A DNA stretch of 64,000 nt from Eubacteriales bacterium (GTDB taxonomy: Bacteria > Bacillota > Clostridia > Oscillospirales > CAG-272). The translations under genes and the position numbers were made by a program. The notes under the pieces were generated by a model. That model saw only the letters and a program-made list of their open reading frames with translations. It did not search any database and had not been told where the DNA came from. Positions 57,203-64,000 of the stretch are shown here, one piece after another. Numbering within the stretch: the stretch's first letter is position 1; the number at the start of each line of letters is the position of its first letter. Where the stretch lies: NCBI GenBank assembly GCA_045632405.1, contig JAZQWO010000013.1, positions 6,085 to 70,084 of the forward strand, read 5' to 3'.

Positions 57203-58939
57203 ATGAAGGTTAGCTCATTACTTGGAGAAAGATTTAAAACCGCACCTGCGGATTGTACAATTGAGAGCCAGGCGCTTATGGTGCGCGGCGGCTATATGAA
57301 ATCTGTTGGTACAGGACTTTTCTCCTTATATATGCCCGCTAAGAGAATTACAAAGAAGATTGAAAATATCATCCGTGAGGAAATGGATGCAATCGACGGA
57401 CAGGAGGTTATGTTCCCTGTTGTTATGCCGGGCGCTCTTTGGCAAGAATCTGACAGATATAACACTATTGGCTCGGAGCTTCTTCGCTTCAAGGATAGAA
57501 ATGGCATTGATATGGTGCTTGGTATGACTCACGAGGAGGCGGCTGTTCATCTTGCAAGAGATGCGGCGCAGAGCTATCAGAAGTATCCATTTATGATATA
57601 TCAGATACAGACAAAGTTCCGTGACGAGCCACGCTCCCGCGGCGGTCTTATCAGAACTCGTGAATTTACAATGAAGGATGCGTATTCCTTCCATACATCT
57701 CACGAGGACCTTGAAAGATATTACGACATTTGCTACCGTGCATATGAGAGAATTTTTGACCGCTGCGGCGCGCCAAACGTTGTTGCGGTTAAGTCCGACT
57801 CAGGTATGATGGGTGGCCGTGTTTCCCACGAATTTATGCTTCTTACAGAAATCGGTGAGGATACACTTGTTATTTGTGACGAGTGTGGCTACCGCTCCAA
57901 CATGGAGGTTGCAGATTGCATCGTTGACAATGTAAGCGGTGAAATTGAGGAAATGGAAAAGGTTCACACGCCTAACCAAAAGACAATTGAGGAGGTTACA
58001 TCCTTCCTTGGTAAAAAGGCACAGGACTCCTGCAAGGCAGTTCTTTATCAGAGAAATGCAGATGACTCCTTGGTTATCGTTTTTGTTCGCGGTGACCTTG
58101 AGGTTAACGAAACCAAGCTGAGAAACCACTTGAAGGCAGAGGTTCATCCTGCAATTGTTACACAGGATATGGGTGTTGTTGCTGGATTTATCGGCCCCAT
58201 GGGCTTGCCTGAAAACATTACAGTTGTATTTGACGAATCCTTGAAGGGCATCAATAGTCTTATTTGCGGTGCAAACGAGGAAAATTATCACATAAAGGGT
58301 GTTAACCTTGCCCGTGACTACGGTGAAATCGAGTATGTTTCCATTGCTAAGGCATACGAGGGCGGCATTTGCCCTGTTTGCGGTAAGCATACAATTTCCA
58401 TCAAGCGCGGTATCGAGGTTGGTAACATATTCCAGCTTGGCACAAAATATACTGAGTCTATGGGTATGCAATACCTTGATGCAAACGGTGTTCTTCGGTA
58501 CCCAATTATGGGCTGCTACGGTATCGGTGTTGGCAGACTTATGGCATCTGTTTGCCAGGTTAGCCATGACAAGTTCGGTCCTATTTGGCCAATGTCAATT
58601 GCTCCTTGGCAGGTGCATCTCTGCGCAATCCGTGTTGATAACCCTGAGGTTAAGGAAACCGCAGACAAGCTTTACGAGGAACTAAAGCGCGCAGGTGTTG
58701 AGGTTATTTACGATGACAGAAACGTAAGCGCAGGTGTTATGTTCTCAGATGCTGACCTTATCGGTGTTCCTGTTCGTATGATTGTCAGCCCAAGAACACT
58801 TGAGCGCGGTGCAGTTGAGCTTAGCGCACGCGATAAGTCCTTCCAGCTTGACTTGAAGCCGGAGGAAGCAGCGTTAGCCGCAAAAGCAAAGGTTCGCGAG
58901 CTTATTGACGCAATCAACGCAAAGGCAGATCAAAGATAA
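57203..58939 (+). CDS. proS: proline--tRNA ligase (bacterial type with editing insertion)
   Basis: Class II motifs (FRDEPRSRGGLIRTREFTMKD; GCYGIGVGR), INS domain, C-terminal anticodon-binding domain. Confidence 0.95.
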   Translation: MKVSSLLGERFKTAPADCTIESQALMVRGGYMKSVGTGLFSLYMPAKRITKKIENIIREEMDAIDGQEVMFPVVMPGALWQESDRYNTIGSELLRFKDRNGIDMVLGMTHEEAAVHLARDAAQSYQKYPFMIYQIQTKFRDEPRSRGGLIRTREFTMKDAYSFHTSHEDLERYYDICYRAYERIFDRCGAPNVVAVKSDSGMMGGRVSHEFMLLTEIGEDTLVICDECGYRSNMEVADCIVDNVSGEIEEMEKVHTPNQKTIEEVTSFLGKKAQDSCKAVLYQRNADDSLVIVFVRGDLEVNETKLRNHLKAEVHPAIVTQDMGVVAGFIGPMGLPENITVVFDESLKGINSLICGANEENYHIKGVNLARDYGEIEYVSIAKAYEGGICPVCGKHTISIKRGIEVGNIFQLGTKYTESMGMQYLDANGVLRYPIMGCYGIGVGRLMASVCQVSHDKFGPIWPMSIAPWQVHLCAIRVDNPEVKETADKLYEELKRAGVEVIYDDRNVSAGVMFSDADLIGVPVRMIVSPRTLERGAVELSARDKSFQLDLKPEEAALAAKAKVRELIDAINAKADQR

Positions 58940-58948
58940 TTAAAAAGC

Positions 58949-58977
58949 AAAAGCGTAGCCTAACAGCTACGCTTTTT
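58949..58977. terminator. bidirectional terminator
   Basis: Stem aaagcgtagc/gctacgcttt flanked by A and T runs, between convergent genes. Confidence 0.8.
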
Positions 58978-58980
58978 AGT

Positions 58981-60825
58981 TTAATTGTTTTTTGGAGAAT
59001 ACTTGCTAAGACTTTGTGCCAATTCGTCAAAGCTAAGCTCCCTGGATTTTTCTCTGACAATTGAGATTAAAGACATTGTGTACTTATAGTAGCACATTGA
59101 TTTAAGCTGACAGTTTTCACAGTTATGAAGATCACAGCTTAGAACAAAATCGCTAAACGGATTTTTTCCGGAATCAAAGTATGCATATGCTTTTTCTACT
59201 GTTTCTTTATTGTGGAAAAGCTCAAGCAGCTCTCTGGTTTTTTCTGAATTGTAGCCTTGAAGTGTCATAGCAAGATAACGCTTTATGCAAATAAGATATT
59301 CTTTGTCACACTCTTGAGCAAGCTGAAGCATACCCGAAATGTGGTTAAGTGCATGATTAAAATTTCCCATTTCATAGTATATATAAGCGAGCGATGACGA
59401 CAAGAGCATACGGTCAGGAGCTTCGGCACTCAAGGGAAGATTTGCACAAGTCGCGAAGCTGAATAGCCTTGAGTCAATGTCAGAGAGTTTTTTCATCTCG
59501 CTTATGTGTAACAGAGAGAGAAGGAAATCATCAAAGTCTGCATTTTTAACATTTCTGAGTGTTTGGGAAGCGCTCTTTGCGTTTGCAAAGCTATTGTATT
59601 TTTTTGAAAGACTATGGAAAATTACCTCACTGAATTTAGGAATGAACACACTGTAGGTTGGAAAACCAAGGCAGGAGGAGTTGTAAATAAGCACTTCCTT
59701 GCCCTCTGAGGCTAAATATTCAAGAATTTGTGATAGAAGCTCTTGATTATTTTTACCAGAAAAACCAACATTGCTGTTATAGGGATACTTACATTCACCG
59801 ACAAAGAAATCCAGAGTTTTTATGTAGCTTCCTATTTTTAAACTCATATAGGCGTTGCGATAAGAAAGGACATCACTTGCTTTGTAAATAAAATCTTCGT
59901 TTTTGGCAAATTTTTCGATATTGCGTCCTTGGAATGTTTCTGTCAATGCTCTTTCAATTGCAATTTCAAGAATAGGATATGCGCCGAAATGAGTGTGGTA
60001 TCTACCTGTTTTTTTGTCAATTGCGCAGACACAAACTACGGGAAAGCGAGTGCCAAGAGAGCAATCCTTGATGAAAATATCAAACCCTTTGTTACGCAAA
60101 TTTGATATAATGCTATATGCAATTTTGAATTTTTTAAGTACATCGTCAGGGATGTTTGGGAGAGATATACACTCCTTGGAGATTCTCAATTGGTGATTTC
60201 TTTCGAAAATTTCCGAAACAGCTTGTACAATAGCTTCTTCCATGGTGTTACCTGCAGCACCACCGTTGCTTCCGCAAACAACGGCGCGCAGTTCTCTGGG
60301 AATACGAACCTTTTTACCGGTTGCGATATTGAAAAACGGAACAGCGGCAACTTTTCCTTCTGCATTGGCATATGTAGAAATTATATCCTTTCCGGATTTT
60401 GTTTCGTTATCCAATTGAGAAGCTTTGGTAGCCAAAAATTCATACCAGTGAGGTAATTCACCATAAAGTTCTTGTGCATCGATCATTTCATCTTGAGAAA
60501 CGATTTCGCTATAATGACCTATTTTTTGCACACTGGAGTCGCTGAATAAGCCAAGTTGCATTCTTTCCATGAGCTCGCCGTAAGCGCTTGCTAAAGCAAA
60601 TTCTTTAGTTAGCCCTTTGCCATTTACCCCAAATTTAGTGTTAACAACATTAACTCTTAAGGAATGACAATATTCTACACCGGACTCTCCCCAGTTTTCA
60701 GTGGTCTGAATACCGTATGATGAAAGAATTTTCTTGATTTTTTCTACGGTTTTAAGAGGGGATTCATCCTTATATGTCGCATCTAGTATTGTACTGTTTA
60801 GATTTGAATCATAGTTTTGTGGCAT
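58981..60825 (-). CDS. ycaO: YcaO-like family protein (stand-alone, E. coli YcaO-like architecture)
   Basis: N-terminal ...GVNGKGLTKEFALASAYGELMERMQ... is the YcaO ATP/Mg region. Helical C-terminal half ends in a C-x4-C-x2-C-x6-C cluster (CDLHNCENCQLKSMC). Confidence 0.75.
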   Translation of the reverse strand: MPQNYDSNLNSTILDATYKDESPLKTVEKIKKILSSYGIQTTENWGESGVEYCHSLRVNVVNTKFGVNGKGLTKEFALASAYGELMERMQLGLFSDSSVQKIGHYSEIVSQDEMIDAQELYGELPHWYEFLATKASQLDNETKSGKDIISTYANAEGKVAAVPFFNIATGKKVRIPRELRAVVCGSNGGAAGNTMEEAIVQAVSEIFERNHQLRISKECISLPNIPDDVLKKFKIAYSIISNLRNKGFDIFIKDCSLGTRFPVVCVCAIDKKTGRYHTHFGAYPILEIAIERALTETFQGRNIEKFAKNEDFIYKASDVLSYRNAYMSLKIGSYIKTLDFFVGECKYPYNSNVGFSGKNNQELLSQILEYLASEGKEVLIYNSSCLGFPTYSVFIPKFSEVIFHSLSKKYNSFANAKSASQTLRNVKNADFDDFLLSLLHISEMKKLSDIDSRLFSFATCANLPLSAEAPDRMLLSSSLAYIYYEMGNFNHALNHISGMLQLAQECDKEYLICIKRYLAMTLQGYNSEKTRELLELFHNKETVEKAYAYFDSGKNPFSDFVLSCDLHNCENCQLKSMCYYKYTMSLISIVREKSRELSFDELAQSLSKYSPKNN

Positions 60826-60980
60826 TTTGTATCTCCTTAAAAAATAACAGTATAAAATGATCTCTCATCACGTATTAAGATAACATATATCAAAAAAATT
60901 GTCAACTATTTTGTTAAACAGTCTTTAAATTCAAAGAATTTAGTGGTACAATATAAGCAAAATGTGCAAAGGAGATTTTT

Positions 60981-62411
60981 ATGCTTGAAATTATCAAGGG
61001 TGTAAAGAATGAGCGCCCGTTTTATTACTTTGAACAAATATCTAAAATACCGCGCGCCTCACACAATGAAAAGGCAATTGCGGAATACATAGTAGAGTTT
61101 GCGCGCATCCGTGGGCTCTCCTGCTATCGTGATGATTTGAACAATGTTTTGGTTGTGAAAAATGCAACACAGGGTCGCGAAAATGAGGCATCTCTTATGC
61201 TTCAGGCTCATACCGATATGGTGGCGGAGAAGAATAACGGCACAGTGCACGACTTTGAAAGGGACCCAATTGAGCTTATTCAAGAGGGCAATATTTTAAG
61301 AGCAAACGGAACAACTCTCGGCGCTGATGACGGCTTTGGTGTGGCGCTTATGCTTGCAATTCTTGAAAGCAAGGAAATTTCTCACCCATACCTGGAATGC
61401 TTGTTTACCGCAAGCGAGGAGGTGGGGCTTGACGGTGCTTCCGGCTTTGATTATAGCAAAATCACCTCTCGTAAAATGATTAACCTTGACTCCGCCGAGG
61501 AGGATAGCGTTATTATCGGCTGTTGTGGTGGTATTCGCACAGAGCTTACAATTCCTGTATCCGTGACAAAGGGCAACTACTCCGCATACAAAATCATCTT
61601 GGGCGGTCTTTGTGGCGGTCACTCTGGCGAGGACATTAACAGAGGCAGATTGAACGCACACATCGTAATGGGAACAATCTTAAATAAGATTTATAAGGAA
61701 AACAAATTCCGAATTTCCTTTATTGAAGGCGGCGACAAGGACAATGCAATTCCACGTGAATGTGAATGCATCATTGAAGCTGATAGCGACCTTGACCTTA
61801 GCTGGGTGAATAGCTTTGCCCAAGAGCAGCTTTACGCAAAGGAGGATGACGGATTGTTTGTAAAAGTGGAAAAAACAACCACGCCCTCGGCGATTTCTCA
61901 AAATGATACAGAAAAAATCCTGAAGGTGTTGAGCGTGCGCAACGCGGTTATGTATTATAGAACCGAGCCACCAATTTTGCCTGAAACCTCTCGCAATCTT
62001 GCAAGAATAAGAACAAATGATGATAGTATTTCAATTTGCTTTTCCTCTCGCTCCTATCTTGAAGAAAGACTTGACGAAAGCATTTGTGAGCTTGACGGCA
62101 TAGCATGCGAGGTAGGCGGAACAACCTATCACCACGAAAGATATCCAGGCTGGGCAAGCGACAAGGATATTGCCTTAGTTAAAAATTGGCAAAGCGCATT
62201 TTTCAAGGTGAGTGGCAAGAAAACAGAGCCAACACTTATTCACGCAGGACTTGAGTGCGGTCTTATGACAGCTGCTGTTCCGGGACTTCAAGCAATTTCC
62301 GTCGGATGTAATGTTCACGACTTGCACACCCCACAGGAAACAATGGAGCTTGACTCAATGGATAAAATATACGAAGCCGTAATTGAGTTTTTAAAAATGA
62401 AACAGGAATAA
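60981..62411 (+). CDS. pepD: aminoacyl-histidine dipeptidase (M20 family, PepD-type)
   Basis: FEQISKIPRASHNEK...LQAHTDMV...GADDGFGVA...EEVGLDGA. Confidence 0.85.
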   Translation: MLEIIKGVKNERPFYYFEQISKIPRASHNEKAIAEYIVEFARIRGLSCYRDDLNNVLVVKNATQGRENEASLMLQAHTDMVAEKNNGTVHDFERDPIELIQEGNILRANGTTLGADDGFGVALMLAILESKEISHPYLECLFTASEEVGLDGASGFDYSKITSRKMINLDSAEEDSVIIGCCGGIRTELTIPVSVTKGNYSAYKIILGGLCGGHSGEDINRGRLNAHIVMGTILNKIYKENKFRISFIEGGDKDNAIPRECECIIEADSDLDLSWVNSFAQEQLYAKEDDGLFVKVEKTTTPSAISQNDTEKILKVLSVRNAVMYYRTEPPILPETSRNLARIRTNDDSISICFSSRSYLEERLDESICELDGIACEVGGTTYHHERYPGWASDKDIALVKNWQSAFFKVSGKKTEPTLIHAGLECGLMTAAVPGLQAISVGCNVHDLHTPQETMELDSMDKIYEAVIEFLKMKQE

Positions 62412-62424
62412 AGGAGAAATAAAA

Positions 62425-62751
62425 ATGACTATCGAAATGTTAACGGATTTGTTTGAAGCGCTTACAATCTTCTGCTTCGGACTTTCTTGGCCAATCTCTA
62501 TTCGCAAGTCCTATATTGCAAGAACCGCTAAGGGCAAAAGCCTTTTCTTTGAGGTGTTTTTGCTTGTAGGTTATGCCTTTGGCATAGCACGTAAAATCAT
62601 ACAGGTGTCAGTTATGGACGCAAGCGGATTTTTGTTCTATTTGAGCTTTTTCTTCTACGTTCTCAATTTTATCGAAATTTCAATAGACGTTGCGCTTTAT
62701 TTCCGCAATACAAGGCTTGACCGTGAGGCGGATTTGGCAAAGGGTCAGTAA
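62425..62751 (+). CDS. small 3-TM membrane protein, PQ-loop/SemiSWEET-like (tentative)
   Basis: 108 aa, AAGGAG RBS. WPISIRKSYIARTAKGKS after TM1 resembles the PQ-loop basic stretch. Confidence 0.45.
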   Translation: MTIEMLTDLFEALTIFCFGLSWPISIRKSYIARTAKGKSLFFEVFLLVGYAFGIARKIIQVSVMDASGFLFYLSFFFYVLNFIEISIDVALYFRNTRLDREADLAKGQ

Positions 62752-62772
62752 AACATATAAGGAGATCTAAAA

Positions 62773-64000
62773 ATGACAGATATTATTTTTTCCTTTGACA
62801 CAGAGGATTTCACCTCGTCAAGAGCTGCTGATGGCATTTTATACGAGGCAAACCTTTTCCGCGAGGAGGGAGTGAAGGGCTGCTTTTGTGTTGTTGGCTT
62901 GCTTGCCAAGCACTTGAAGGAGTGGGGAAGAGAGGATGTAATTGAGGCACTTTCTCACCACGAAATAGGCACGCATACATACGGCCACACCTTGCACCCT
63001 ATGATAAACGAATATACAGATATTGAGGATTTTTACGCGGCGCAAAAGGAGCTTATCCGCCAAGAATCCCTAGGCGTTGAATACATCAAGGAAAATTTGG
63101 GAGTTGACCGCGTATGGGCAGCCTGCCCCCCTGGCAACCAAAAATCCTACGTTGCTATGTATGGCTATCATAAAATGGGTATTCCCATTTATGCAGATAC
63201 CTTTTGCGATACCGAATACGGCACAGGCGCGTATTATTGCAACATTTTCCACGCAAACTACACCTTCGGCATTGAATGGTTTTTGCGTGACAACGGTGAA
63301 GAGGGCATTAAAAAGGTGCTTGACGAGCTTGCAAAGCGCGAGCGCGCCGTTATTTACACTCACCCAAATATGATTATCAAGAGCGACTTCTGGGACGCGG
63401 TGAACTATCACAAGGAAAACTTAGTTCCGTTCGGTCAGTGGATTGAGCCTGAGGACTTGCCCGAGGAGATAACACAAACTGTACTTAAAAATATGCGTAC
63501 TCTTGTGCGTATGGTTAAAAATGACCCAAGATTTAGAATTATCACATACTCACAGCTCGCCGCTGAAATAGCAAGCGAGGGTGAGCGCGTGGTTAAAAGG
63601 GAGCATCTTGCTTCTGTTTATGCTTCGCTCAAGGAGGCAATTTTCCCTGTGCAATCTCCAATGTCCCTGTCCCTTGCCGATATGATGCTTGCCTGCCGTG
63701 ACCTTTTGATGGGTAAGGAAGAGCATTTGTGCGGTGACGTGTACGGATTTTTGGAAAAGCCATACGAAATTGAAGGTAGCATAACTCTTACAAAAGAGGA
63801 AATTATCTCCGCTTGTGATTATATCAAGGATGGGGAATTTTTGCCGGCACAAATCAAGGCTGGGGACAAATATATAGGTCCGACAGACTGGTTAATGGCA
63901 GCCTTAGAGGTGCTTTTAGGGAAGGATACAGTAGTGGTTGAGCCAAAGCCACAGCTGCCAAGCCTTGACTGTATGCCTGAGGTGCGCGACAGTGATTTCA
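62773..64000 (+). CDS. polysaccharide-deacetylase-like / unknown hydrolase, 5' part (runs off the window)
   Basis: AAGGAG RBS. Frame stays open to the window edge. MTDIIFSFDTEDF...HEIGTHTYGHT... resembles the NodB/GH57-like fold. Not in the ORF track because it has no stop. Confidence 0.5.
   Translation, partial: MTDIIFSFDTEDFTSSRAADGILYEANLFREEGVKGCFCVVGLLAKHLKEWGREDVIEALSHHEIGTHTYGHTLHPMINEYTDIEDFYAAQKELIRQESLGVEYIKENLGVDRVWAACPPGNQKSYVAMYGYHKMGIPIYADTFCDTEYGTGAYYCNIFHANYTFGIEWFLRDNGEEGIKKVLDELAKRERAVIYTHPNMIIKSDFWDAVNYHKENLVPFGQWIEPEDLPEEITQTVLKNMRTLVRMVKNDPRFRIITYSQLAAEIASEGERVVKREHLASVYASLKEAIFPVQSPMSLSLADMMLACRDLLMGKEEHLCGDVYGFLEKPYEIEGSITLTKEEIISACDYIKDGEFLPAQIKAGDKYIGPTDWLMAALEVLLGKDTVVVEPKPQLPSLDCMPEVRDSDF

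Noticed and set aside
57800-58567. Long antisense ORFs inside well-supported genes (for example 57800-58567 in proS, 26529-27302 in tilS, 13035-13691 in msmX, 9339-9923, 23020-23577, 36972-37535, 38849-39328)
   Set aside because: These are shadow ORFs opposite strongly conserved coding frames. They have no RBS and Cys/Val/Asn-rich or otherwise odd composition.
58981-60980. RiPP (thiazole/oxazole or thioamide) biosynthetic cluster around YcaO
   Set aside because: There is no plausible precursor-peptide ORF, cyclodehydratase partner, dehydrogenase, TfuA, protease or exporter adjacent. The neighbours are proS and pepD behind their own terminators and promoters.

Overview
This is a chromosomal segment from a low-GC Gram-positive anaerobe. 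Gene content looks Clostridia-like (rubrerythrin, a NifU-like/GGGtGRT pair, tilS-ftsH, GGAGG ribosome-binding sites, TTGACA-17-TATAAT promoters), but the taxon cannot be fixed from the sequence alone. I call 52 protein-coding genes, one partial at each edge. I recognise no rRNA, tRNA, CRISPR array, transposase, integrase or phage gene. All family assignments come from motifs read by eye; no database search was possible. Housekeeping and metabolic content: (1) a complete aromatic amino-acid supraoperon, pheA-aroB-aroC-aroE/aroK fusion-aroQ-aroA-tyrA-DAHP synthase (34.4-42.4 kb); (2) tilS-ftsH, ribF, proS, tex and a pseudouridine synthase; (3) fumC plus malic enzyme, rubrerythrin, pepD; (4) ABC transporters, including an MsmX-type sugar ATPase and a GntR/YtrA-ABC module; (5) glycoside hydrolases GH43, GH36 and GH92. 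Items worth a second look: (a) three tandem, translationally coupled PHP-domain paralogues packed between the pseudouridine synthase and tex; (b) a two-gene NifU-like + GGGtGRT cassette of unknown function with its own strong promoter; (c) directly after it, an array of six stem-loops punctuated by four TGAAAT and then four ATTTCA motifs, leading into a four-helix-bundle (23S-IVS-type) gene; (d) two adjacent paralogous lipoproteins built from about 10 copies of a 38-42 aa His/Cys module, with near-identical in-frame 114-bp and 126-bp tandem DNA repeats, and the same module in three other secreted proteins of the window; (e) a 76-nt composite element present in inverted copies directly after the stop codons of two convergent genes, plus GTAGGG-type palindromes at several loci; (f) a fragmented duplicate of the msmX 3' end; (g) a 1.1-kb gene-poor region with six GTGGAA/TTCCAC (DnaA-box-like) cores and a perfect 17-bp inverted repeat, at the point where an 18-kb plus-strand gene run begins; (h) a stand-alone YcaO protein with a C-terminal Cys cluster and no RiPP partners.
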